Source: a virus (lineage: Duplodnaviria > Caudoviricetes). From it: 64,000 nt of DNA. The notes under the pieces are model-generated. The model ran no database searches and was not told the DNA's origin. It was given only the letters and a program-made list of their open reading frames with translations. Below, one piece after another: positions 37,610-48,256 of the stretch. Numbering within the stretch: position 1 is the stretch's first letter; every line of letters begins with the position of its first letter. The stretch is taken from positions 52-64,051 of the IMG/VR virus record IMGVR_UViG_3300033141_003854; one strand, written 5' to 3'. The translations under genes were made by a program, and so were the position numbers.

Positions 37610-40569
37610 CGCAATCCCATCGCTTTTTCAACTATTACCGCAGCCTGACTTAGTGTATTATCAATAATGTTTGCCTCTAGCCCAGAAGATAGCAAGATTT
37701 CTAATCTAATTTTACCATCCCTACGGGCAGAAGCGGGTAACGTACCACCAAATACTTTCCCTTCATTTGTGCCAATTCGATTGATAGGAGTAAAAGTCAC
37801 AACTTCTGGCACTTCGCCAAACATAGCCATAGTAGGCTTGGTTGCTACCAGCGTGCCGCCTTCTTGGAAAGATGTGTCTCCAGTATATTTCACCACAGGC
37901 GTGGTAGTACCTTCTAAACCCGGCGCACCTGTATATTTTACCGTAGGAATACTGCGATAAGCTTGACTTATTCTAGCGATTGATTCTGCAATTGCTGCGG
38001 TTGCAGTTTGAATAATGCCAATAAGATAACCATACATCTGCTCAGCAGTTCCACCAGGCCCATATTCCTTCATCAACAAATCACGAATCTTTCCCGCCAT
38101 TTCTTCTGTAATATCATATTCTTCTGAAAGAGCTTTAGCTAATTTTTCAAGTCGTTCATTATAACGAGCCTCAGCCTCAGCCATTTGCTCTTTGTGTCTG
38201 ATCTCTCGTTCTTCTTTTCTAATTCTATAATCTTCAGCTTCATCAGCCAATGCCCGTTCTCTAGCAAGTTTTGCATCTTCTCTTTCACGCGCCCTGGCCA
38301 ATGCAATTGATCGAATACGTTCTTCCAATTCTCGCTTCAATTGAGCCATGCGCTCGGCCTGCTGGCGAGCCAATTCTCGCATTTCAGCAGTACCTTGCTC
38401 TTTCAATTCCTTCATTCGATTATCGCGTTCGCGCTTTGCCCGATCTTTTTCTAACTTAAATCTGCGAACAAGCTGTAAGACCTCCCTAGCATCGCGTTCA
38501 CGAATAGCATCTTCCAGACTGAATAAGAAATCTTCCCGAAGCCTACGCAGACGTTCTTGATAATCTCTTTCGATTTTCAGCAAACGTTCTCGCTGTTTTT
38601 CTTGAATTTGTTCTCGTCTCAGCGCAAATTTACGTTGTTCATCTTCAACCTGGCGTTCATATTTACTTTGAGCGTCAGCAATTCTTTGCTGGTATCTTGT
38701 TTGAATGTCCTCCATACGGCGGAAGAATTTTGACCAAATATCCTGTATATTTCTGGTATTATCCCTGGACATTCGCTCCATGTCTCTAGCTAAATCTCTA
38801 GCTAAAGCATCTTGGCGGCTCTTCAAGTCTTCCATTGCCTTATCAATTTCATCTACCATATCCATAAATATTTGTTTTACTTGTTCTGCTTGCTTCTCTG
38901 CATTACCTGTATCACCAAGAGGTTCTTTATCATCAAAAACTTTCAGGTCTTCAAGTCTAAATTTGTCAAAAATCATTGCTTTTTCTAGTTCTTCATCTAC
39001 TATATTGAAAGCATCAGTAATTGCTTTTTGTATATCATCCATATCTTTTATTATTCCCTCTTTCCATCTACCAAAAACCAAAGTAGCTGCTGCTATTGGT
39101 TTGATAACCCCCTTCCATAAGGAAATACTAAATCGTTCAAGACCAGAAATGACATCAGAAAAAACACTAACAAGGGCAACTAACGCTTTTTTCCATAATA
39201 TATTGAATGGTAATAATTTAGTTCCCAAAATATCTTGTTGGTTTTGAATTTCAGCATTCGCAGCTCGAATTTTGCCTGCCAATGTGTCTTGAAAGTCCAC
39301 AGCATCTTCTGTAAGAGGATTAACTTGCTCCAAAATAACTTGCAAAGCAGCATACGCTCGCTCTTGTTCGGTTAGTTCAAGATACGACTTTCTAATACCT
39401 AGGGCATGTGCTTTTTCTTCTACCACCCTACGGTTTACTGCTAAACCTGCTCTCTGCATTGATTCAGCATAACCAGATGACATGAATAAGGCCATCTTTC
39501 TTGCAGCTTCATTTAGATCATCGCCTAGAAGAACGGCCAAAGTGGCAGATGCTTCTGCTACTTGCCCCATTTGTTTTTCAGTAAAACCAAAGTTTCTAGT
39601 CAAAAGCTGAATATTAGATATGCCACCAATTAATTCTTTTTGAGTAAATACCCCAAACTTTTTACCTAATTCTTCTGCCTGTTTGGCGGCGCTCTTGAAA
39701 GTTACATCTATGCCAGCACGCCGTAATGCTCTTGTACTTACTTCCAATCTGAATACGGATTGTGAAAATTCTATTGCACCTTGAGTGGATTGTGTTATCC
39801 ATTGCACAACCCGCTGTAAAACCTGAATTGCGCCGACACCTAAAATTGTGCCGAAGACAAGATTAGCAATATCCCCAACTCCCTTTATAGTGCGCCCAAA
39901 AATCTTAAGGCCTTCATCAGTTGTTTTTACTTGACTATTCAATTCCCCTAAAGCTACATTTATATCTTGAACATTAAATCCCTTCAAGCTCTGAGCAGCC
40001 TCATTGAATGAAACCCCTTGCGCCTTTGCCACGGCAACAATTTTTTGTTTAATCTGATCTATTTCCATGCCATAAGTCTTAGCGGCCTGTGACATTACGC
40101 CATAGCCTTGACGGGTTATGCGCACATATTCACGCATGGCATCATTTCGTAGTTTAGCTTTTCCTTTTTCTGTCTGCTCAATTTCCTTAGCCGCTTGCTT
40201 TTCTGCTGTGACGATTTCTCTAATTGCTGTCCTAGTAGCCTCAACAGTCATGCGCCATTCCTTTCTAACTTCAGCGATTTGTTCCTTCATTTCTTCTTGG
40301 GCGGCAGAAATGGCTTTTGGATCAATTGTTGTTTTCTTGAATTCTTGGAAAGATGCTTTTATAGCATCCACTTCTTTCCTGTACTCCACTCCTGCCTGAA
40401 CTGCCAATTTCATCGCCGCAGCAATGTCAGCAAAAGATGATTTACCCTCCTGCTTTGCGGCTATAAGCTCTTTTTTTACTTCTTCAGTTATCTGGCGCAA
40501 GCGAATAGAATCTTCTAATGCTTCATCACCTTCTACTATGTATCTGGTTACAATTGTCTCGTCAGCCAT
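37606..40569 (-). CDS. Tape measure protein
   Basis: 987 aa, long helical/coiled-coil, hydrophobic central part, FQEGG...MFGE.PE C-terminus; implies a tail of roughly 140-150 nm at about 0.15 nm per residue. Confidence 0.92.
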   Translation of the reverse strand: MADETIVTRYIVEGDEALEDSIRLRQITEEVKKELIAAKQEGKSSFADIAAAMKLAVQAGVEYRKEVDAIKASFQEFKKTTIDPKAISAAQEEMKEQIAEVRKEWRMTVEATRTAIREIVTAEKQAAKEIEQTEKGKAKLRNDAMREYVRITRQGYGVMSQAAKTYGMEIDQIKQKIVAVAKAQGVSFNEAAQSLKGFNVQDINVALGELNSQVKTTDEGLKIFGRTIKGVGDIANLVFGTILGVGAIQVLQRVVQWITQSTQGAIEFSQSVFRLEVSTRALRRAGIDVTFKSAAKQAEELGKKFGVFTQKELIGGISNIQLLTRNFGFTEKQMGQVAEASATLAVLLGDDLNEAARKMALFMSSGYAESMQRAGLAVNRRVVEEKAHALGIRKSYLELTEQERAYAALQVILEQVNPLTEDAVDFQDTLAGKIRAANAEIQNQQDILGTKLLPFNILWKKALVALVSVFSDVISGLERFSISLWKGVIKPIAAATLVFGRWKEGIIKDMDDIQKAITDAFNIVDEELEKAMIFDKFRLEDLKVFDDKEPLGDTGNAEKQAEQVKQIFMDMVDEIDKAMEDLKSRQDALARDLARDMERMSRDNTRNIQDIWSKFFRRMEDIQTRYQQRIADAQSKYERQVEDEQRKFALRREQIQEKQRERLLKIERDYQERLRRLREDFLFSLEDAIRERDAREVLQLVRRFKLEKDRAKRERDNRMKELKEQGTAEMRELARQQAERMAQLKRELEERIRSIALARAREREDAKLARERALADEAEDYRIRKEEREIRHKEQMAEAEARYNERLEKLAKALSEEYDITEEMAGKIRDLLMKEYGPGGTAEQMYGYLIGIIQTATAAIAESIARISQAYRSIPTVKYTGAPGLEGTTTPVVKYTGDTSFQEGGTLVATKPTMAMFGEVPEVVTFTPINRIGTNEGKVFGGTLPASARRDGKIRLEILLSSGLEANIIDNTLSQAAVIVEKAMGLR

Positions 40570-40571
40570 AG

Positions 40572-40871
40572 CTATAAACCCATTTCTTCACAAAATGCTT
40601 TTACCAGCAGTATTTTATTTTGAAATAACCCATCAGTAAATATCTCAATTACATCTAATGGGTCATTTTCCTCTGCGATTTCTTCAAAAGATTTTTCCGT
40701 CATAATTTCTAATGCATTTGCATAATCGCTATACCCTTCGCTATCCTTTATGTTCCGGATAATCTGATGAACAAAATCAAATGAATCATCTTCTATTTTA
40801 TCAGGAAAATATGGCTTTAGGGTCTTATATAGAAGGATTGCTCTCCTTAGAGGTAATATTTTTATTTTCAT
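40572..40871 (-). CDS. Tail assembly chaperone-like protein
   Basis: Between tail tube and tape measure. Confidence 0.55.
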   Translation of the reverse strand: MKIKILPLRRAILLYKTLKPYFPDKIEDDSFDFVHQIIRNIKDSEGYSDYANALEIMTEKSFEEIAEENDPLDVIEIFTDGLFQNKILLVKAFCEEMGL

Positions 40872-41505
40872 GCGTCTTTATTATTCCTGCTGGCATCATA
40901 GATTTATGAATTTTAACTTTTCTCAGGGCTTGCCTTGTCTTTTTCTCATCGTATGACATCCAATCTGGGCGAGGCAATGCCTTAAATTCTGTCTTTTTGG
41001 TTTGCGCATTGTATGGATAAGCAATCTCCGATAAACTCCAGTTCCATTCTCGATCCAATTGATCTTCTACTATGATTTCTTGCATCAAGGCTAACGCATC
41101 ATCAACATCCATCTCCGCAATATAATCTAATGTCCAGCCATAATTAGATGCAAATTTATGTGACCATAGATACCAGGAACGGTGTTCATAGTCCCAAGGA
41201 GTTTCTTTGGATTTCTCTGCGCTTTTTAATAATGGCAGTTCAATTTTAGGAGAATTTACATCTACTGAAATCAGATATGCTTCAATTACTTCATACCCAG
41301 GCGCATCTAAAACATCATCAAGAGAAATACCAATAACAGCGGAAACATAGGAACAGACATTTTCAGAGAATTTGTCTATATCCTGCGCCTCCGCTGTTTT
41401 GTATATGTTTGTACGAATGTCCTCTAGCGAAAACCAATCTTTCAGTTTTGGACGCGAAAGATGAAAATCTTTGCCCAAAAATTCAATCTGAATTTCATTG
41501 TTCAC
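40825..41505 (-). CDS. Tail assembly chaperone-like protein
   Basis: YGWTLDYIAEM pattern; position. Confidence 0.6.
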   Translation of the reverse strand: MNNEIQIEFLGKDFHLSRPKLKDWFSLEDIRTNIYKTAEAQDIDKFSENVCSYVSAVIGISLDDVLDAPGYEVIEAYLISVDVNSPKIELPLLKSAEKSKETPWDYEHRSWYLWSHKFASNYGWTLDYIAEMDVDDALALMQEIIVEDQLDREWNWSLSEIAYPYNAQTKKTEFKALPRPDWMSYDEKKTRQALRKVKIHKSMMPAGIIKTHENKNITSKESNPSI

Positions 41506-41511
41506 TTGGCA

Positions 41512-42153
41512 TTAGGTAATTACACTAGCATCGGCTCGAATGAAAACTCCGAATTGTTGGGCCGCTGGTTTGGCGCTATCAACAAAGGCTCTGAGCCGCA
41601 ATCCCGTGGCGTTCCAAGGAGTACCAAAGCTCATGTTGATCGTCCAGGCATCAACAAATTTAGCCTTGTGCAGTTGAATGGCAAAGTAATCACCAGCTTC
41701 AGTATCATATACAGTCGGAGCATAAACATGCCAGAATTGCGCATTATTGATCTTGCCCATGCCAAATTTTTGTGTGGGCGGCGTTTCAGTGACCGCTCCG
41801 CCGCCAAGCATGTGTCGCAAAACGTCTAGCGGGAAGAAAGATTGAATTGTAAAAGTAAATTCAAGATAGTTTCTCTGCTGAATGGTATCTTTCACGCCCA
41901 CATTATCACAGAGAACGTCATTCATAGTTAAATTCTCTGTCAGGCTTACATCGGATACACACCCAATCTCATAAACCGGATAGGTTGCAGTGCCAGAAAG
42001 TTGCCAATAGAACCCATCAGCATCAGGTGCATACCATTCTGGCGCATCTGCATCTTGGAAAAAGATGGTAGGCGCACCCTCAAGAAACAAATCTTCTTGA
42101 GAAGTCATTGTACCAACAGCAGAACCAGTAACAAGAGCCATTTTATACCTCAC
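41512..42153 (-). CDS. Major tail tube protein
   Basis: 213 aa; position after terminator; GAGG RBS before MALVTG. Confidence 0.8.
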   Translation of the reverse strand: MRYKMALVTGSAVGTMTSQEDLFLEGAPTIFFQDADAPEWYAPDADGFYWQLSGTATYPVYEIGCVSDVSLTENLTMNDVLCDNVGVKDTIQQRNYLEFTFTIQSFFPLDVLRHMLGGGAVTETPPTQKFGMGKINNAQFWHVYAPTVYDTEAGDYFAIQLHKAKFVDAWTINMSFGTPWNATGLRLRAFVDSAKPAAQQFGVFIRADASVIT

Positions 42154-42409
42154 TCACAATATTGAAGTAATGCGAAGCCTGACCACCACAACATGATCTA
42201 TAACCTCGCCTCTTTAGCATTATCTCAGCATCTTCTTTATCTACATCCTGCTGATGGCCAGCACCATTAAATGTATATAACTTCCTAGTTACTGGCCCCC
42301 AAATGTTAAGTTTCATGTCCCGCACCAAAACTAAGCGGACAGTCTGTTTTTGTTTTGTCGTAACTTTTACCCGCTTACGAGGCCGGTCATTATTAACTCT
42401 GCTCTCCAT
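42143..42409 (-). CDS. Small virion-operon protein with CCGG motif
   Basis: GPVTRKLYTF...RSCCGG. Confidence 0.65.
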   Translation of the reverse strand: MESRVNNDRPRKRVKVTTKQKQTVRLVLVRDMKLNIWGPVTRKLYTFNGAGHQQDVDKEDAEIMLKRRGYRSCCGGQASHYFNIVSEV

Positions 42410-42777
42410 ACATTGTCTCCGGCAGAAATCGCTGGTACAAGATTTCTGGTTGTTAGACTGATTGCAAGATTATTTTCTGAGAATGTTTTACTATGCAATT
42501 CATTGTTTATTATACCAGCAATTGTGTCTGCTTCAAGGCTTGAGTACAATTCGCTAAAAACAATAATTGTCACTTCAAAGTTTTGATAACAACTATCAAA
42601 TTGCATTGGTTCATTAGAGATCATTCTAACACGAATATTCGGATAAGAAAACTCTGTTCCCATCCATTGATCTTCTCTAATCTCATTGGCATCATTCAAC
42701 TGAGAAGTTACGGCTGTTAGGGATTTCAATTTAGAAACTATTGCCGCTTGTATCTCATTGTTACTGATGAAGCTCAT
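42367..42777 (-). CDS. Tail terminator-like protein
   Basis: IQAAIVSKL...YPNIRV pattern and position. Confidence 0.7.
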   Translation of the reverse strand: MSFISNNEIQAAIVSKLKSLTAVTSQLNDANEIREDQWMGTEFSYPNIRVRMISNEPMQFDSCYQNFEVTIIVFSELYSSLEADTIAGIINNELHSKTFSENNLAISLTTRNLVPAISAGDNVWRAELIMTGLVSG

Positions 42778-43301
42778 ATTACAGTTACCTTTTTTACGCC
42801 AACTAAAATAGATGCCTTGAACTCTCTTGCCAGAATTTCTCTTACTTCGTCTCGTGTTTCTGTGATTGTTGGTTTGATAAATGGATTAGGCGCAATACCA
42901 GGATGCTCAACATATTTAAATCGATAAATACCAGCAGTTCCTTGACCAGTTCTTGCTACAGAAATAAACTTTTCACTCGTCCAAGGAATAAATGCTGGTT
43001 CCCATTGAAAAGCTAGTGCAGGAGTTCCCTCTTTGGGCGCAATTCGATATTTGCCTTTTCCTCCTAAAGTAGCATGTTCACCAGAACCAAATTCAAAAGC
43101 GGCGGCCATTGGAGCTTTTTTCAAACTAACTATAATGTCAATATAAGCTGAACCTTTGCCCATATTTACTGGCCGGTCAACGCTAATAGCATCTTTTATT
43201 TCGCTAGCATATTCACCTGAGCTAACCTTTTTTATCATGTGGTCAGCTACCAGTTTACCTACTTTCAAAAGTCCATCGTATAGAATTCTACTGGTTGGCA
43301 T
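42774..43301 (-). CDS. HK97 gp10-like neck/tail completion protein
   Basis: AFEFGS...HPGIAPNPFIKP. Confidence 0.75.
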   Translation of the reverse strand: MPTSRILYDGLLKVGKLVADHMIKKVSSGEYASEIKDAISVDRPVNMGKGSAYIDIIVSLKKAPMAAAFEFGSGEHATLGGKGKYRIAPKEGTPALAFQWEPAFIPWTSEKFISVARTGQGTAGIYRFKYVEHPGIAPNPFIKPTITETRDEVREILAREFKASILVGVKKVTVI

Positions 43302-43665
43302 GTGCTTCTACGCTTCTAATTAAATTCAAGATCAAATAATTTCTGCGGTCTGATGGGTTCATGCTAGAATATCTTATTCCAACAACTCGAAATCTATCAT
43401 TTAAAAATTGGTGATTATAAGGAGCAGTTATTTCAATTTCATCTCTTTCTTTGATTGCCAATGTCCCAGGCATTATTGTCATGCCAAATGTCCTCAATGT
43501 CTGATAACCTTGCTGAAGTAATACCTGCTCAGGTTCTTCTGCTTCCATTCTAGCAGCTACATTGGAATAGATTACACTCCCAGAGATGGATGCACCACCA
43601 ACTACATCATCATCCTGAGTAGACATTCGCCAAACGTTTACCTTTAAATTCATACCAGCAGTCAT
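43288..43665 (-). CDS. Head closure (stopper)-like protein
   Basis: DDVVGG...IKERDEI pattern; position. Confidence 0.65.
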   Translation of the reverse strand: MTAGMNLKVNVWRMSTQDDDVVGGASISGSVIYSNVAARMEAEEPEQVLLQQGYQTLRTFGMTIMPGTLAIKERDEIEITAPYNHQFLNDRFRVVGIRYSSMNPSDRRNYLILNLIRSVEAHANQ

Positions 43666-43943
43666 GTAAGACTGTCCTTTTCACGTTGTACTGCCTTTTT
43701 GTACTGTTCCCAACGGTAGGCTTCTTCGTCATTCCAAGTCCAGTCGCCACCTACGATGGTTGGAACATTGCCATTGAATAATTTATTGCCATAAGCCTCT
43801 TTCCATCTTTCCCAAGCCTTTTCAACTTCTTCAGATGGGTTGGAATTAGGCCATAACATTCTAAGCCGAGCCTCTTCTTCCTCCTGATCTCTAAAAGCAG
43901 TTTCGATTGTTTGCTCCAATGTCATCCACTTTTTCCAAATCAT
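43662..43943 (-). CDS. Hypothetical protein
   Basis: GAGG RBS before MIWKKW; inserted among neck genes. Confidence 0.5.
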   Translation of the reverse strand: MIWKKWMTLEQTIETAFRDQEEEEARLRMLWPNSNPSEEVEKAWERWKEAYGNKLFNGNVPTIVGGDWTWNDEEAYRWEQYKKAVQREKDSLT

Positions 43944-44623
43944 TATAACCTCACAAGTCTGCGCCTTTTGTATTTTCTTACTAATCTCGCAACAAAATTT
44001 GCTCTGGCAGACGTACCAAAAGTGGTTCTCATCAGTTTTACACGATTTTCCCTGTATTCCTGGTTCGACCATTGCTGAATTCCAATGTCTCCTGGCGATT
44101 CATTACCATAGCCGATAATTTCATTCAGCATAAGATCGGAATATGTAGTAAGAGCTAACAGGAAATCGGGTTGTGTAGCAGTACCAGTAGGCAAGCCTGA
44201 GGTATAAGCAATTTCAATTTGATAGGGATAAGCTCTACCATGAGAACTACATTTACAATAGCCAATTAGATACTGAATATCAATAATGCCTCGCTCGTTG
44301 TCTCTTATTGCAGCATAAATATTATCCGTACCCGTGATAGTGTAGTAAACATCTCCATCAAAATCTATGAATTTTATATGGCCGATACTGTGAATATAGG
44401 CATAGTCGGTAATGAAATACCTATGGGTCGGGTTATAAAAATACGTTCCAGTAATTGTTGTCGGAAGTAAAAAGGTAGATAAATCTTCCGTTAAGGCCAT
44501 TTCCGCCATCAAATAAGCAGCGGTACGTTGCGCCGCCGCTCCCGTGCCGGTATTTCCCCCATAATTTTGAAAAGTCGCATCGTCCATAATAATAGGACTG
44601 GTATACGGATAAGTCGTATTCAT
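43943..44623 (-). CDS. Head-tail adaptor-like protein
   Basis: IEIAYTSG motif; position. Confidence 0.7.
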   Translation of the reverse strand: MNTTYPYTSPIIMDDATFQNYGGNTGTGAAAQRTAAYLMAEMALTEDLSTFLLPTTITGTYFYNPTHRYFITDYAYIHSIGHIKFIDFDGDVYYTITGTDNIYAAIRDNERGIIDIQYLIGYCKCSSHGRAYPYQIEIAYTSGLPTGTATQPDFLLALTTYSDLMLNEIIGYGNESPGDIGIQQWSNQEYRENRVKLMRTTFGTSARANFVARLVRKYKRRRLVRL

Positions 44624-44650
44624 TAAGCTGAATCCTTTAATAACACCGTG

Positions 44651-44926
44651 TTATTTATTAGTCAGATTTACATTCATTTTGGGCACAATGATCTGTTGTT
44701 CTTTTTGTTGTTGTGCCCTCATAATCTCCTCTCTGATTACTGCTTGCTCACCATGTATTCTCATATATTCGGCCAAAGCCAGAATTTGCATCGGGGTTAC
44801 ATTGATAAACTGTGCATTAAAAACAACCGAACCCGGCTCGGCAAATTTTATTACAATTATACTATCATTTTGTTGTTTTTCATCTACCATGATTTCCACT
44901 CTGTATATTGGAGCTTGTTGCCCCAT
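44651..44926 (-). CDS. Hypothetical protein
   Basis: Last gene of the glyco island; QIIVP tail. Confidence 0.6.
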   Translation of the reverse strand: MGQQAPIYRVEIMVDEKQQNDSIIVIKFAEPGSVVFNAQFINVTPMQILALAEYMRIHGEQAVIREEIMRAQQQKEQQIIVPKMNVNLTNK

Positions 44927-45735
44927 TTTGACATAAATAACATTCTGTTTTGATTTAATGGATAGGGAATTTTATATTTCTCAGCGGTTGCGCCTACCAC
45001 ATGAGTTCCAACCGCTTTTGGGTTTACTACTATATTATAGCCTAATTCTCTAACTTTCAAGCAAAAATCCACATCTTCATAAGTTCCCATGCCATAATCC
45101 AAGGAAAAGCCTCCGACTTTCTTCCAAATTGTTCGTCTAGTGAGTAATGCCGCGCCAGTAACAGCATACATTTCCCATACAGCATTTACTTTTGGATGAT
45201 CTGCCGACCAGCCAATATAGGCATGTGCAATTTCTCCCCTGATTGTTGTGTGTAATCCAATATGCTGAACTTTATTTGCAGGTCTAATGGCAGGATTTAT
45301 GCCATCAGCCAATTCTTTTGGAAACAATAGCTTCATTCCAGCAACGCCTATGCTTGGTTCATCTAATGCCTTTACTAATTCTACAAGGCTATTAGGTTGA
45401 AGAACTACATCCGAATTTAGAAAAAACATAAGTGGAGCTTTGGTAATTTTTGCGCCTTTATTACATGCCAGAGGAAAGCCTAAAGGATTAGGAAATTCCA
45501 CTACTGTAATATGTGGATCACTTACAATGTCTCGGTAATATACTTTTTCTTCTTTAGGAGTGCCATTATCCACAATTGTTACATGATATGAAAGCTCCCC
45601 AACTGCTTCAGGTATTGATTCTACACATTGTTGTAACAGATCAATATTTCGATGTACCGGAATAATGATGTCCAGTAAAACACTCGGTCTTACTACTCGT
45701 TGCATCTTTCGATTTTTTCGTTTTCTTCTGCCCAT
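44884..45735 (-). CDS. Glycosyltransferase family 2
   Basis: DIIIPV, IVDNGT, LGFPLACNKG, FLNSD, YEDVDFC. Confidence 0.93.
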   Translation of the reverse strand: MGRRKRKNRKMQRVVRPSVLLDIIIPVHRNIDLLQQCVESIPEAVGELSYHVTIVDNGTPKEEKVYYRDIVSDPHITVVEFPNPLGFPLACNKGAKITKAPLMFFLNSDVVLQPNSLVELVKALDEPSIGVAGMKLLFPKELADGINPAIRPANKVQHIGLHTTIRGEIAHAYIGWSADHPKVNAVWEMYAVTGAALLTRRTIWKKVGGFSLDYGMGTYEDVDFCLKVRELGYNIVVNPKAVGTHVVGATAEKYKIPYPLNQNRMLFMSKWGNKLQYTEWKSW

Positions 45736-46407
45736 TTAATCATTCCTCTCATATCCAAAGGCATACATTGTATCTTCAAAATATTCCCAGAATCGTTTCA
45801 GATGGTGAGGCTTAAAATACTTCGTCCAATCATTAATTCTCCCCGCCCTGAATGTATGAGACTTTGTACTTCTGAATTGTCTTAGCATAACATTCCATTT
45901 TGCACCTAAAATGTTTGCTAATCGCTTTGTTTCTCTTTCAGTATGTAGTACAAAATCCTCATATTTGAATTTATGAATCCAGTCGCATTTCAGCCAGCCT
46001 ACATACCTCGGAAATACATCTTTCCATTTTTCAATCTGTTCCATCAATTTAATATCTATCTGTTCATCGCTCAGTACAACATCCCTAACAGATAAACATG
46101 ATGGTGTTCTGCTATCCCAGAACATGGATGAAACTAGACAATCTCTCAAATCCCGCCTTATGAAAAGACAGTGGCGGTATCTTTTCAAGACTTTTTCATA
46201 ATCCTCATGATAAAAAAGATGTCCCCTGACAAATGAATTTGATGGAGAACCTACATCTCTTAGAATATCATCATCTGGATGGATAACATTTTTGACGAGT
46301 GCTTTAGCATTAACAACATGCGCTCCCCCATCTCTAGTTACTGCTATCATCAAATCAATCATATTAGTTCCAGATTTAGGAACAGAAATAAGAAAAATAT
46401 CAGTCAT
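45736..46407 (-). CDS. PAPS-dependent sulfotransferase
   Basis: 5'-PSB PKSGT, 3'-PB RDLRDCLVS, KYEDF, FRAGRINDW. Confidence 0.9.
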   Translation of the reverse strand: MTDIFLISVPKSGTNMIDLMIAVTRDGGAHVVNAKALVKNVIHPDDDILRDVGSPSNSFVRGHLFYHEDYEKVLKRYRHCLFIRRDLRDCLVSSMFWDSRTPSCLSVRDVVLSDEQIDIKLMEQIEKWKDVFPRYVGWLKCDWIHKFKYEDFVLHTERETKRLANILGAKWNVMLRQFRSTKSHTFRAGRINDWTKYFKPHHLKRFWEYFEDTMYAFGYERND

Positions 46408-47133
46408 CTAATAATCCTCTCTTGCCCAAACCGGCAAAGTTTCTGGAATACCCCCAAAATATTTGCTTAGAGGATGCAACATGCCTGCCTCTTTAGTTTT
46501 ATTATAAAAATCTCTTTTCCTTGATAATATTTTATCTGTCGGCCAGGGATCGTGTAATAAGCAATATGGAGGCAACAATTCAAACTTCATTACTTCAGCT
46601 AAATCCATCGTAAAGGCATGTATCCAGGGATCGCTTTCATCTGCTTTGAAATCTAATAAATCGGCTTGCCATGCCCACAAAGAAGGTGTCCACACTTTAG
46701 GCGATTCATTATTTACTATAGATAATTTGGGAAAATATGTGCCTTTTCTCCACAAATACAGCCTCACGGCAAATATAAAATCTACTGGACAACTACCCAA
46801 AATTTCTCTAGCATTTTGTTTCAGTAAATAATTCGGCACACAATCCACATCATCAAAAATTATCCAATCAGCCTTTTCATCTCTAGCCCAATCAATGAGA
46901 AAATTAATGTGTTTTCCGTGCGGGTTCCTCCAAACTCGGCCTTTCCAAACGCGTTCAGTAAAAGTCCTGACAGACACATTTGGAAATTTCTTGGCTAATG
47001 ACACCGTGTTATCTTCACTACCACCATCAGCGATTAATATTTTATCTGCCCATTGGTAAGATCGACAAAATCGTTCAATGTTGTATTCTTCATCACGAGT
47101 TCTGGCAATGACAATAATGTTATTTAATGACAT
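46408..47133 (-). CDS. Glycosyltransferase family 2
   Basis: RDEEYNI, ADGGSEDNT, FDDVD. Confidence 0.88.
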   Translation of the reverse strand: MSLNNIIVIARTRDEEYNIERFCRSYQWADKILIADGGSEDNTVSLAKKFPNVSVRTFTERVWKGRVWRNPHGKHINFLIDWARDEKADWIIFDDVDCVPNYLLKQNAREILGSCPVDFIFAVRLYLWRKGTYFPKLSIVNNESPKVWTPSLWAWQADLLDFKADESDPWIHAFTMDLAEVMKFELLPPYCLLHDPWPTDKILSRKRDFYNKTKEAGMLHPLSKYFGGIPETLPVWAREDY

Positions 47134-48256
47134 CTTTAATCCCTGCTTCTAATATATCAGTAGCCACTTCCCATTTTCGATTCTCTACGTATTCTCTAGG
47201 CTTCTGAGCCTGAAGACATTTATCACGATTATTGTAAACATAGTTCAATAATTCTACACCATGCGCTCTATCGGCAAAATACCGTCTAGCATTTCCGAAC
47301 GGATCGCGGTGAGTACAAATTGTATCCACGTCAATTAGAAATCCTCGTCCATCTGCCAATACTTCAGCCATGGCTGTACAATTTGTAGCAAGACAAGGAA
47401 GGCCTACTGCCATTGCTTCTAACAACGGCAGTCCCAAGCCCTCATTCTTGCTAGTCAACAAAAAAGCATCGCTACCAGCATATATCGACCATAAGGTTTT
47501 GAAATCAAGCCCACGCTCAAAGATCATTAGATTTCCTGAAATACCAAGCTCCTGAGCGTAATCCCGCAACTTCCAACCAAACCGCAACTTTTCTCTTGTA
47601 ACCAACACATATAGAAATTTTTGTTTGTCTTCTTTGTCAGAAATAAAATCGGCAAAAATCTCCATTGACCGTGATAACAATTTTCTTTCCTGATTATCAG
47701 CAACAGTCAAAACAACAAAATTTTCATCATTCGCATTAAAAAGAGAATTACGTACTGTTTTACGTTCTTCATCTGTCGGCATCCTCCAAGCTCCAGTATC
47801 AATCCCAATCGGAATGTATTCAGCATTTGCAACACCTGCCTTCTTAGCTTCTTCTGTACCAAACTCGGAAATAATAAATGCCTTATCCATCGCTGAAATG
47901 CCTACTGCCCAACTAACACATAAAGGATCGCCTTCAACTGGCATAATCCCAATATAAGGGCAAGGCTTTTGCTGAAATCTGCTCAAAATTTCTATTTGTA
48001 ATGGTATGTCCAGAGCAGTAACCATTACATCATAATCCCATACTATTTTCAAATTTTGGGTTATTGCCAATGCCTCTTGTAAATTTCGTGCTGGAATAAT
48101 AGAACAAGGATAATAATGCTCTTGGCCTTTGTAACCCAACCCAGGACATATAATCTCATATCCTCTTTTCACTAATTCTGTAATAAGAGGAATTGAAATG
48201 TTGAGATAACCAGAGCCAATTAAATTGAAATCGCTAATCCATAATATTTTTTTCAT
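47120..48256 (-). CDS. Glycosyltransferase family 4 (GT-B)
   Basis: IPIGID, NQERK, EGLGLPLLEAMAVGLP. Confidence 0.93.
   Translation of the reverse strand: MKKILWISDFNLIGSGYLNISIPLITELVKRGYEIICPGLGYKGQEHYYPCSIIPARNLQEALAITQNLKIVWDYDVMVTALDIPLQIEILSRFQQKPCPYIGIMPVEGDPLCVSWAVGISAMDKAFIISEFGTEEAKKAGVANAEYIPIGIDTGAWRMPTDEERKTVRNSLFNANDENFVVLTVADNQERKLLSRSMEIFADFISDKEDKQKFLYVLVTREKLRFGWKLRDYAQELGISGNLMIFERGLDFKTLWSIYAGSDAFLLTSKNEGLGLPLLEAMAVGLPCLATNCTAMAEVLADGRGFLIDVDTICTHRDPFGNARRYFADRAHGVELLNYVYNNRDKCLQAQKPREYVENRKWEVATDILEAGIKDVIK

Noticed and set aside
37667-40639. Plus-strand ORFs antisense to the tape measure gene, and similar shadow ORFs elsewhere
   Set aside because: S/F/L-rich antisense read-outs of coiled-coil codons with no RBS or motifs
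40572-41505. Programmed -1 frameshift between tail chaperone ORFs
   Set aside because: No convincing XXXYYYZ slippery heptamer in the overlap, and the second ORF has its own ATG
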